64,000 nucleotides of DNA, from IMG/VR virus record IMGVR_UViG_3300009593_004150, positions 6,361-70,360 of that record, one strand, 5' to 3'. The position numbers were made by a program, and so were the translations under genes. Origin of the DNA: a virus. The notes under the pieces are model-generated. The model was not told the origin of the DNA. It did not search any database and saw only the letters and a program-made list of their open reading frames with translations. The stretch's first letter is position 1. Every line of letters starts with the position of its first letter. Shown here in pieces: positions 9,693 to 18,669 of the stretch.

Positions 9693-10139
9693 ATGATAAA
9701 GTTGCTTAGGGAATATGTGAGGTTAACTTTCATGAATACTAATATCCAACCTGGCGCCGGAATTATTGTTGTACGAAAATTCTCAAATGAATTTAAAGTG
9801 CTAGCGCTTTCTCGGCATGATGGCATTTTAGATATCCCAAAGGGTGGTATCGATCCCCATGAACTACCACTTGAAGCCGCGCTTCGTGAGACAATGGAAG
9901 AATGTGGGATTGTCAAACTTGACTTTACATGGGGGTTTGAGAACTTTATTAATGGAGCATTAACCTGCTATGTTGCAGAGACTAATGAAGATCCTACTAT
10001 AACAAGAAACCCCCACACAGGAATGATGGAACACGTTTCCGCATCATGGGTTAGTTGGGATCACATTATGTCTAATACATTGGACTATGTTTTGCCGTGT
10101 ATTGAATGGGCAAAAAGAACAGTAGATCCAGGAGATTAA
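9693..10139 (+). CDS. NUDIX hydrolase
   Basis: PKGGIDPHELPLEAALRETMEECGI Nudix box. Confidence 0.9.
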   Translation: MIKLLREYVRLTFMNTNIQPGAGIIVVRKFSNEFKVLALSRHDGILDIPKGGIDPHELPLEAALRETMEECGIVKLDFTWGFENFINGALTCYVAETNEDPTITRNPHTGMMEHVSASWVSWDHIMSNTLDYVLPCIEWAKRTVDPGD

Positions 10140-10228
10140 CGGTTTAGCCTATCGGCATAACCAAAAAATAGTATAATAGTTTTGCAGGCTATACATTCAC
10201 CGAGTTATGGAGAATATTTAATAAAGTT

Positions 10229-11425
10229 ATGTCTATATTTAAAGAACACAAAGATACTGTTGATCGATCGTCCACAGACCGACGTCGGCATAAACAAAAA
10301 ATAGAAAAAGCCATCCGAGAAGGTGTACATAACATCATCGCGGATGAGAGTATCATTGGCCAGGACGGAAAAAAGAAGATTCGGATACCTGTTAAAGGCA
10401 TCAAAGAATACAGGTTCGTTTACGGTGAAAACAACAACAATAAGCGTGTTGGATCAGCCCAAGGCAAAAACATTGCCAGGGGCCAGCAGATCGGCAAAGA
10501 ACAAAAGCAAAAGCAACAAGGCCAAGGTGACAAGGCTGGAAATGAAAAGGGTGTTGAATATTATGATGTTGAAATTACCCTTGAGGAACTTGCCGCATAT
10601 CTCTTTGACTCATTAGAGCTTCCTGACCTCGAAAGAAAGCAGATTCAAAAGATATTTGAAAAGAAGATGCAGAGGCACGGGTACCGAAGCGAAGGTATTA
10701 GGCCTCGTCTAGACAAAAAGCAAACGATAAAAAAGAAACTAAAGAGAAAGGCCGCGGCGAAAAGAGTTGGTACCTTTAAAGAAGGTGAGGACTCCGGTGA
10801 GGAAGAACGGTTCCCGTTTCACAATAATGATCTAAGGTATAGGCATATAAAGCCAGTAATGAAATCCACCTCAGCAGCTGCTATATTTTTTGTAATGGAT
10901 ATCTCCGGCTCAATGGGGAAAGAAAAAAAATATCTAGCTAGAAGCTTTTTCTTTTTATTGTACCAATTTATTAGGCATCGCTATGAAAATGTAGAGATTG
11001 TCTTTGTTGCTCATGACACTCAAGCATATGAAGTTAATGAAGAACAATTCTTTACTAGAGGCCAAGGCGGAGGAACTATAGTTTCAGTCGCACTTGAAAC
11101 AGTTTTAGAGATTGTACAGAAAAGATTCCATCCAGACAGTTGGAACATATATACATTCCATTGCTCGGATGGTGACAACTGGCCAAGTGACAATGAGAAA
11201 TCAGTTAGGTTGAGTGAACAGTTAAAAGAAGTTTCACAATTATATAGCTATTGCCAAATCGTACCAGAGGATGATAGGATTCGGTGGGCTAGAGATGATG
11301 AAAATACACTGGCTGGTGTATACTCACACTTAGAAGACTCTGCATTTAAAATTGTAAAGATCCACTCTAATGAAGATATTTGGCCGGCGTTTAAACGATT
11401 ATTCGGAGGTAAGCTAGGTGTCTGA
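10229..11425 (+). CDS. yeaH: YeaH/YhbH (DUF444) vWA-domain protein
   Basis: DRRRHKQKI, MDISGSM MIDAS, GGGT, HCSDGDNW. Confidence 0.92.
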   Translation: MSIFKEHKDTVDRSSTDRRRHKQKIEKAIREGVHNIIADESIIGQDGKKKIRIPVKGIKEYRFVYGENNNNKRVGSAQGKNIARGQQIGKEQKQKQQGQGDKAGNEKGVEYYDVEITLEELAAYLFDSLELPDLERKQIQKIFEKKMQRHGYRSEGIRPRLDKKQTIKKKLKRKAAAKRVGTFKEGEDSGEEERFPFHNNDLRYRHIKPVMKSTSAAAIFFVMDISGSMGKEKKYLARSFFFLLYQFIRHRYENVEIVFVAHDTQAYEVNEEQFFTRGQGGGTIVSVALETVLEIVQKRFHPDSWNIYTFHCSDGDNWPSDNEKSVRLSEQLKEVSQLYSYCQIVPEDDRIRWARDDENTLAGVYSHLEDSAFKIVKIHSNEDIWPAFKRLFGGKLGV

Positions 11426-12725
11426 TTGGAATATTAAATTACTACAAGAGTGGGATGAACGAATCCTTAAGTTAGCTCAGGACAATGGGCTGGACTGGCA
11501 TCCTATCGTATATGAGACATGTGACTATTATGAAATGATAGGGCACATGTCCTACCATGGGCTTCCTTCCCACTATTGCCATTGGTCATATGGTAAATCG
11601 TTTGAAAGGACACACCAGCTATATGATGCAGGCCAGACAGGCCTTCCATATGAACTTATCATTAACTCAAATCCGTCTATAGCATATCTTATGCGGGAAA
11701 ATCCAGCATACCTACAGATCTTGATCATGTGTCACTGTGTAGGCCACTCTGATTTCTTTAAGCATAACAGGATGTTTTCTAGAACGAACCCAGATACGGT
11801 AACTAGAAGATTCCGGAATGCTAGAAACAGGATTCAGGGTTATATTGAAGATCCCAGTATCGGCATGGAAAAAGTTGAAAATATCTTGGATGCTGCGCAT
11901 GCGGTTAAGTACCAGATCAACCGGCACTATGTTAAGAGATTTAGTCATAGCGAACTTAAAGAAGAATATACTAAGAAAATTAAAAATGATAAGACCGGTG
12001 AGTACGCTGACTTTGATATAGAGAAAATACCTCTAGAGCCAGAGTATGATATGCTTAACTTTATTATTGATCACTCAAAAAATCTTAAAGATTGGGAGAG
12101 AGATCTTGTCGAGATAGTTAAGGCTGAATCATATTATTTTATGCCTCAAATCCAGACAAAGATCATGAATGAAGGTTGGGCTAGTTACTGGCACTACCGA
12201 TTAATGCATGAGTTAGAGCTTCCTCAAAAGTACCATGTACCCTTTCTTAAGAGCCACAACCAAGTTATTAGGCCACATATCGGTGCGGTTAACCCGTACC
12301 ATTTAGGGTTTCACTTATTCCAAAAGATTGAGGAAAGATATGGCATGGAACAAATGTTCCTTGCTAGGGAAATTAACCATGACATGTCATTCCTTAGAGA
12401 ATATTTGACTGAAGATGATCTATATGAACTTAACATGTTTTCATTTTCTAAGAAGCGGTCTGGATACTCAATTGATGAAATTTCAGACGTCGACGGATGG
12501 AAATATGTCAAACAAGACCTTATCAATAACGTAGGAGATGGTACAATACCAAAAATATATGTTGAAAATGTTGATCATGGTAATATTCTAGTTGTTAAAC
12601 ACGAACATGATGGAAGAGATTTAGAGTTAAATTATGCAGATGAGGTTGTTAAACATGTACAGACGTTATGGGGAGACCCAGTTAAATTATTGACCGTGGT
12701 TGAAGAAGAACCTTGGGAAATTTAG
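11418..12725 (+). CDS. ycgB: SpoVR/YcgB family protein
   Basis: HWSYGK, YELIINSNP, HCVGHSDFF, TKIMNEGWASYWH, NPYHLG. Confidence 0.93.
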   Translation: MSDWNIKLLQEWDERILKLAQDNGLDWHPIVYETCDYYEMIGHMSYHGLPSHYCHWSYGKSFERTHQLYDAGQTGLPYELIINSNPSIAYLMRENPAYLQILIMCHCVGHSDFFKHNRMFSRTNPDTVTRRFRNARNRIQGYIEDPSIGMEKVENILDAAHAVKYQINRHYVKRFSHSELKEEYTKKIKNDKTGEYADFDIEKIPLEPEYDMLNFIIDHSKNLKDWERDLVEIVKAESYYFMPQIQTKIMNEGWASYWHYRLMHELELPQKYHVPFLKSHNQVIRPHIGAVNPYHLGFHLFQKIEERYGMEQMFLAREINHDMSFLREYLTEDDLYELNMFSFSKKRSGYSIDEISDVDGWKYVKQDLINNVGDGTIPKIYVENVDHGNILVVKHEHDGRDLELNYADEVVKHVQTLWGDPVKLLTVVEEEPWEI

Positions 12726-12782
12726 TTTTTAGTTTGACTAATCAAAACATACTTAATAGTAGAAAATACAGGACACAAAAAA

Positions 12783-14717
12783 ATGGCTAAAAAGAAAAAC
12801 ACGAATTTTTTAGAACTAATCGAAACTCAAAGGAATAGTTCAAAGCGAGAAAAGTTTAAGGGTACGTTTATTGAATACCTAGAACTAGTCCAGCAGAACC
12901 CAGACCTAGCAAAGCTTTCCCACAAAAGGTTATGCGATGCAATTGAGTCCCATGGTGTATCAAAAATGGAAGACGATGACCCAAGAAAGCATAAGCTATT
13001 CGGGGGAGACAATGTCAAACTATTTGATTACTTTCAAGATGAATTTTTTGGGATGGAAAAGGTTATTTCAAAATTAATGACATTCCTCAAGTCAGCCTCA
13101 CTTAAAGGTGAAGAGAGTCGCCAGGTACTATTATTAATGGGCCCTGTTGGTGCAGGTAAATCAGCATTGACAGAACATATTAAAAGAGCCCTCGAGGGAC
13201 TTCCTTACTTCCACCTGGTCGGTGACCCGCAGCGTGGTGAACCATTACAATTGGTACCAAGAAGTTTAAGGGATCAATTCCAGGGTGCTTTAGGTGTAAA
13301 GATTGAAGGTGACATTAGTCCTGTAGCAAGACACCTTCTTCTAGAAGAGCATGGCGGAAAGTATGAAGACTTCCCGGTCGTTGAAACCACATTTTCTCAG
13401 AGAGCAAGGCGTGGGGTTGCAGCGGTACCTCCAATGGATGCAAATAGCCAAGACACCAGCGTCCTGATTGGTTCTGAAGATATTTCTAAATTAGACATGT
13501 ATCCCGAGGATGATCCACGCGTACTTTCACTAAACGGTGCATTTAACGTTGGTAACCGTGGTATTGTAGAATTTATTGAGTTATTCAAAAATGAGATTGA
13601 GTTCCTCCATACTATTATTACTGCAACACAGGAAAAGCGTGTTCCATCCCCTGGTCGCAGCGATATGCTTCACTTTGATGGTGTCATCTTAGCACACTGT
13701 AACGAAGCTGAGTGGAACCGGTTTAGATCACAGCATACCAACGAGGCCATCCTGGATCGTGTTGTAAAGATTAACGTACCATATGTTCTAGAGCTTGATC
13801 AAGAAATTAAGATCTACGAAAAGCAATTGAGCAGGTCAGACTTTAGCGCACACATTGCACCTCATACAATCAAGGTTGCCTCGATGTTCTCAGTAATGTC
13901 TAGACTTAAGCAATCACAAAAGTGTGACATCATCACAAAGATGAAGATCTATAATGGTGAAGATGTAATTGAGAAGGGAAGAGTTAAAAAGATTGACATT
14001 AAGGATCTAAGAGAAGAAGCCCGAGATGAGGGCATGAACGGAATCTCTACTAGATTTATTATGAAGTCAATTGATAATGCTCTTACTAGTGCAGACAAGC
14101 CCTTAATTACTCCGGTATCAATCATTAACTCTCTAACGATGAAAGTCAAAGAGCAACTTATCGATGAAGAGTTTCGCACATATTGCCTTGAGCTACTTAA
14201 GGTCGTAAGAGAAGAATACCTACGCATCTTAGAAACAGAGATTGCCAAGGCTTTCATTACCGCATATGAAGAGCAGGCACAAAGCTTGTTTGACAACTAC
14301 CTAGATAATGCAGAGGCCTACACAACACGCCAGAAGATTAAAGATCGGATCACAAAGGAATCTCGAGAGCCAGATGAAGACTTCATGAGAACGATTGAAG
14401 AACAAATTGGTATTGTTGGATCTTCTAGAGACGGATTCCGGTCCGACGTAACGGCATATATGTTCGCAAAACTAAGAAGAGGCGAGACAGTTAACTATCA
14501 AAGTTATGAGCCTCTTAAGGAAGCCGTTGAAGGTTACCTCATTGGTTCTGTTAAGGACATGGCTAGGATTGTTACCAAGTCGAAGACTAGGGACGATGAG
14601 CAACAAAAGAAGCACAGCGAGATGGTACAGGTCATGATCGATGAGTATGGCTACAACGCAGACTCAGCAGAAGAGATACTTACCTACGCTAGCAACAATC
14701 TTTGGCGCGACAGCTAA
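12783..14717 (+). CDS. prkA: PrkA/YeaG AAA+ serine kinase-family protein
   Basis: LLLMGPVGAGKS Walker A, NRGIVEFIE, NEAILDR, EGMNGISTR. Confidence 0.93.
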   Translation: MAKKKNTNFLELIETQRNSSKREKFKGTFIEYLELVQQNPDLAKLSHKRLCDAIESHGVSKMEDDDPRKHKLFGGDNVKLFDYFQDEFFGMEKVISKLMTFLKSASLKGEESRQVLLLMGPVGAGKSALTEHIKRALEGLPYFHLVGDPQRGEPLQLVPRSLRDQFQGALGVKIEGDISPVARHLLLEEHGGKYEDFPVVETTFSQRARRGVAAVPPMDANSQDTSVLIGSEDISKLDMYPEDDPRVLSLNGAFNVGNRGIVEFIELFKNEIEFLHTIITATQEKRVPSPGRSDMLHFDGVILAHCNEAEWNRFRSQHTNEAILDRVVKINVPYVLELDQEIKIYEKQLSRSDFSAHIAPHTIKVASMFSVMSRLKQSQKCDIITKMKIYNGEDVIEKGRVKKIDIKDLREEARDEGMNGISTRFIMKSIDNALTSADKPLITPVSIINSLTMKVKEQLIDEEFRTYCLELLKVVREEYLRILETEIAKAFITAYEEQAQSLFDNYLDNAEAYTTRQKIKDRITKESREPDEDFMRTIEEQIGIVGSSRDGFRSDVTAYMFAKLRRGETVNYQSYEPLKEAVEGYLIGSVKDMARIVTKSKTRDDEQQKKHSEMVQVMIDEYGYNADSAEEILTYASNNLWRDS

Positions 14718-14780
14718 ACACTTCCACTCAATATAGTACTATATTAATAGTTTATTAACTATATTGAGTGAGGTGCATCA

Positions 14781-15116
14781 ATGAAAAGTATATTCCCTGG
14801 CTTATCCATTATTTGTGGTACGGCCTTGATTATTGCAGGAAACACAACCGCAGGTATTGTTTTTGCCGTTCTAGGATTTTGCGGTGCCTTAGCCGGCGCT
14901 GCTATCCGACACCAGCAAGAGGTTGAAGCCTTAGCTGTTGCGAAAGAGTTTATTGAAGCTCTTTCAAAGAAATCCACTTCAGAAGACCAGATTGCAGAAA
15001 TGCAAGCAGCAATGGGACAATTAGGGGGAGCTTTAGGAGAAATTTGGAAAGCTCTAACTACTCCCGGAACAGATGACTGGAACTCGAATGGTGGTAGCGG
15101 TGGAATCACACACTAA
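14781..15116 (+). CDS. Hypothetical membrane protein
   Basis: GAGG RBS; two N-terminal hydrophobic helices. Confidence 0.7.
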   Translation: MKSIFPGLSIICGTALIIAGNTTAGIVFAVLGFCGALAGAAIRHQQEVEALAVAKEFIEALSKKSTSEDQIAEMQAAMGQLGGALGEIWKALTTPGTDDWNSNGGSGGITH

Positions 15117-16515
15117 AAAAGAAGAAGTACTTAACTATACTTCCCCAACATTTGGGCGTGATGTTCTAAGCCAGGCAGTACCGTATATTGAACGACTAGA
15201 TAACCTCCTTTCAGAGCTTATTTCAAGCCGGCTTACCCTAGATAACAACGGCCAAATTCATAAACTGACTGCAGCAGACATCCGCCAGTTTCTGTTCGCG
15301 AGCACGCGCGCGCGCGGGGGAGTAGAGATATGCATACGAAATATGCTTCTAGAAAATGCAATGACATTAGAAAACCGATCAGGATTTTCATCACTAATAG
15401 CAACTACATATGCTATCAAGACTTTGAAATCCCATATTGGAAAACTACGCACAACGACTAACCATACAATTGATATTAGCAACGATATTGAAGAACTCTC
15501 TATGATGTCCAGGAGAGCCTCTAAGGACATTGCATTTAAATCCATTAAGGAATATTGTAGGGACCCCCTATCGTCATCTATCATCCTTCAAGCATGCAGC
15601 ATGACTGGACATAGCGGGCAGGTTTACATTGATAGCACTCCGGCTAATGAAAATAGCATTGAGCTAACAAACGGGTATACTTTTAAGTTTGGATTAGAGC
15701 CAAACTTTTGTGCTAGCAGCAAGACAACGGAATGGAAAGAATATTCTCCTAAAGTACTACTGATCGATGGAATTATAGAAACTGTTGGCGAAATTAATAG
15801 AGTACTTGAATACTGCCATGAAGAAAAAAGTGCATGTGTTATTTTTGCTCGAGGATTTTCGCAAGAAGTGCTAGGGACGCTAGCGGTCAACAAAGCTAGG
15901 GATACACTAAACGTTGTCCCTGTAATGGTACCGTTCGACTTAGAAGGAATTAACTCACTAGTCGATCTTGCTAAAATTTGTAATTGTGATATCGTGTCAT
16001 CACTAAAGGGAGACGCTATATCTTCTATAGAGCCTAGTGAACTAAAGAGTATCGAATATTTTAATGGGAATGACACACAGATAGTGTTGCTAAATGACTT
16101 GACAAAGAATGCAGTTAAACGGCATATGTCAAACATATCTAGCAAGAAAGATACAGAAAGCATTCCGGATAAGATCAACCTATTGAATAAGCGACTTAGA
16201 TCCTTGAGCTCTGTTTGTACGAACATCCGAATATCGGATACAGGTCTCGATGAAAAAAATATCAAGCTTAGAATTCAACATGGAATTAACATGCTTAAGC
16301 ACATATGTGTTCATGGGTATGTTAACCTTCCCGCATGCTTAGAGAGCCTTACGACAAAGAGCGTAAAAGATCTTATAAGCATGTACGTACAGGAAGGATA
16401 TACGAACACATCAGCCTACGAATTAATATTGGGCCTAACATGCGGAGAGTCTTTAACCAATAACATTTTATCATCCCGGGTTTATCTATTATTAGACGAT
16501 AATAAAGATGGGTGA
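15073..16515 (+). CDS. Divergent GroEL/chaperonin-like protein lacking the ATPase motifs
   Basis: Apical-domain-like KVLLIDGIIETVGEI...CVIFARGFSQEVLGTLAVN...LVDLAKIC; no GDGTTT. Confidence 0.7.
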   Translation: MTGTRMVVAVESHTKKEEVLNYTSPTFGRDVLSQAVPYIERLDNLLSELISSRLTLDNNGQIHKLTAADIRQFLFASTRARGGVEICIRNMLLENAMTLENRSGFSSLIATTYAIKTLKSHIGKLRTTTNHTIDISNDIEELSMMSRRASKDIAFKSIKEYCRDPLSSSIILQACSMTGHSGQVYIDSTPANENSIELTNGYTFKFGLEPNFCASSKTTEWKEYSPKVLLIDGIIETVGEINRVLEYCHEEKSACVIFARGFSQEVLGTLAVNKARDTLNVVPVMVPFDLEGINSLVDLAKICNCDIVSSLKGDAISSIEPSELKSIEYFNGNDTQIVLLNDLTKNAVKRHMSNISSKKDTESIPDKINLLNKRLRSLSSVCTNIRISDTGLDEKNIKLRIQHGINMLKHICVHGYVNLPACLESLTTKSVKDLISMYVQEGYTNTSAYELILGLTCGESLTNNILSSRVYLLLDDNKDG

Positions 16516-16521
16516 GAAAAA

Positions 16522-16989
16522 ATGAAGTGGAGATCTGCAAACTGGTTTGATGGTTCTGGTAACGTTGTTAGCTTCGAAGACATAGTAAAGAGTGTTAACG
16601 CAAACTCAAAAGTATATGAAGTCCATGTAGGATCAGACTCTCAACCGGTAAAGGATGGTGTGGTGTTTGCAGTCGCATTATGCTTATATACACAAGGACG
16701 AGGTGCATTTTATTTTGTCACTAGAAAAACTAGTTCTGAAAAGCAGTTTAAAAACTTAGGAATTAGATTACAGCATGAATCTGAATTAGGTACATCATTA
16801 GCCGACAAAATACGTGAGATCACCGGAGTCTTAGACATCACAGTCCATGCGGACGTAAATTCTAATCCAGTCTTTAAAAGTGCAAAGTACTCAAAGAGGA
16901 TTCAAAACTTCATAAAAGCTATGGGTTTTAAGTGCATAATTAAGCCTGACTCATGGGCCGCATGGGTTGCGGATAAGCATGCAAAATAA
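16522..16989 (+). CDS. YkuK-like RNase H-fold protein
   Basis: VHVGSDSQ, RLQHE, VHADVN, IKPDSWAAWVADKH. Confidence 0.8.
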   Translation: MKWRSANWFDGSGNVVSFEDIVKSVNANSKVYEVHVGSDSQPVKDGVVFAVALCLYTQGRGAFYFVTRKTSSEKQFKNLGIRLQHESELGTSLADKIREITGVLDITVHADVNSNPVFKSAKYSKRIQNFIKAMGFKCIIKPDSWAAWVADKHAK

Positions 16990-17050
16990 TTAGTTTTATT
17001 TTACTATGCTCATTGTGGATGTATTGTATTATTACGACAAGGAGTTAGAT

Positions 17051-17317
17051 ATGTCAAATAAAATTGAATCAGAGCTTTATCATACACTCAAGAATGTAAA
17101 TGATTTAACTAAGGCAAATGTCGCCGAAGCTATCTCAAATGCAGTTAGCGCAGGTACGTTAGCACTTGATGAATATACGGCTAAAAATATCGTGTCTTTA
17201 GTTAGTGCAACCGTTGATCAATCAACGGACGTTGCTCATGTGCAAGTCATGAGGGCAGTTAACGCAGTAACAGAAAAGACTAGGAAGAAGCCTTCCGGTA
17301 GAAAGACCACAAAATAA
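17051..17317 (+). CDS. Hypothetical protein
   Basis: AGGAG RBS before ATG 17051; basic C-terminal tail. Confidence 0.7.
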   Translation: MSNKIESELYHTLKNVNDLTKANVAEAISNAVSAGTLALDEYTAKNIVSLVSATVDQSTDVAHVQVMRAVNAVTEKTRKKPSGRKTTK

Positions 17318-17339
17318 CTTTATTTGAGTTACCCTAGAC

Positions 17340-17807
17340 ATGCGTGGAACTAAACACCTATTACAATGCCATTGTATCCTACCTCAATATAGAGATCGTA
17401 AAGATCCTGTATTCCATCAATTTGTAGTTTTCTCTATAATTGATGACAGTGATACATGTGTACCAAAATACGTTCAATGTAATAATTGTGGGATTGTACA
17501 TAAGGTGGTTGATTTATGTAGATCTGAGTTGGTTGTAGGTAAGGAAGAGTTAGCGACAGTTGCTAGCATTGATGATATATCATTAACCATACCAGAAGAC
17601 GTAAAGAATGTCTTAAGTACATACGATGCAGATTTAGCAACATGGGAACATGCACAATTCATTTTACAAAATGATTTATGGGGAACAAATTTAGTACTTA
17701 CCAAGGATGTCTTAGATAACGATACCCAAGGTAAGGTGTTAGTCTTTGATGGGCCTGGTAAACTTAAAATTGAAACGTTTATCAGATCTGACTTTGTGGA
17801 GTTATAA
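17340..17807 (+). CDS. Hypothetical Zn-binding protein
   Basis: CHC and CNNC motifs. Confidence 0.7.
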   Translation: MRGTKHLLQCHCILPQYRDRKDPVFHQFVVFSIIDDSDTCVPKYVQCNNCGIVHKVVDLCRSELVVGKEELATVASIDDISLTIPEDVKNVLSTYDADLATWEHAQFILQNDLWGTNLVLTKDVLDNDTQGKVLVFDGPGKLKIETFIRSDFVEL

Positions 17808-18049
17808 TGGATATTAAAAGATATGGAACAACTGGATTGGAGCAATCTTCGAAAGACTCGAAGCAAGCCCGAGAAATAGTTTCAGAGATCCTTAACTTTG
17901 GGGTAACACAACAACAAATCCTTCGTATAGCCTATTTACTATCACTTGAGTTAGAAAATAGGGAGGCGATGGTAGAAATATCAGCATGCATTAAAGAGTA
18001 TGTTGATCAATTAGGGGACAGCCCTAAAAAAAGCGTAATTGAAACTTAG
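17807..18049 (+). CDS. Hypothetical protein
   Basis: TAATG coupling to upstream gene. Confidence 0.7.
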   Translation: MDIKRYGTTGLEQSSKDSKQAREIVSEILNFGVTQQQILRIAYLLSLELENREAMVEISACIKEYVDQLGDSPKKSVIET

Positions 18050-18059
18050 AGAGGATAAT

Positions 18060-18251
18060 ATGAGCGCAATCGTTGATAAATGGAATGAAATTAAAGTCTT
18101 AGTAGAAAGCTTGGAGCTTGATGTTCACAAGAATGCTAGCGGAAATGCGAGTGCCGGAGTCCGAGCCCGCAGAGGCCTACGTGCTCTCAAGTCCGCAGCA
18201 GCAGAATTAGTGAAGGCCACGATTCAAGAAGAAAAGTCTAGAAAAGATTAA
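18060..18251 (+). CDS. Histone H1-like Hc1-family DNA-binding protein
   Basis: GNASAGVRARRGL motif; GAGGA RBS before ATG 18060. Confidence 0.75.
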   Translation: MSAIVDKWNEIKVLVESLELDVHKNASGNASAGVRARRGLRALKSAAAELVKATIQEEKSRKD

Positions 18252-18258
18252 CAACTTA

Positions 18259-18599
18259 GGGGACGATATGGTTTCGACGAGGTAACGTAGATTAAGAGTG
18301 CAAGCAACCAACGGTAACAACTGGTTTGACAATGTTACAAAAACTTAATTGCCAACAATAACGACAATTACGAATACGCTCTAGCAGCTTAATCGGGTGG
18401 CTTCCTAAGGCCATCTAACCAATTTAGGATAAGTGGTTGATCCCACCGAAACAAACAAGATCAAAACTCTTTCGGCCGCGGACTATAGAGGATAAAATAC
18501 AGCGGATGATTTGTTATTTTAAAGAAAATAAACAAGCTTGTGAATGACTTGATTTTGAAACTATTTCGGACGCGGGTTCGAACCCCGCCGTCTCCACCA
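18259..18599 (+). ncRNA. ssrA: tmRNA
   Basis: 5' GGGGACG...GGTTTCGAC; 3' GACGCGGGTTCGAACCCCGCCGTCTCCACCA; G3:U wobble; tag ORF 18351-18392 = ANNNDNYEYALAA*. Confidence 0.95.
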
Positions 18600-18669
18600 G
18601 GGGTTAATTAATATGACTTCTACTTTGAAGAACATAAGGCACATTAAAACCAAAAAAAAGGGAAAAAAT

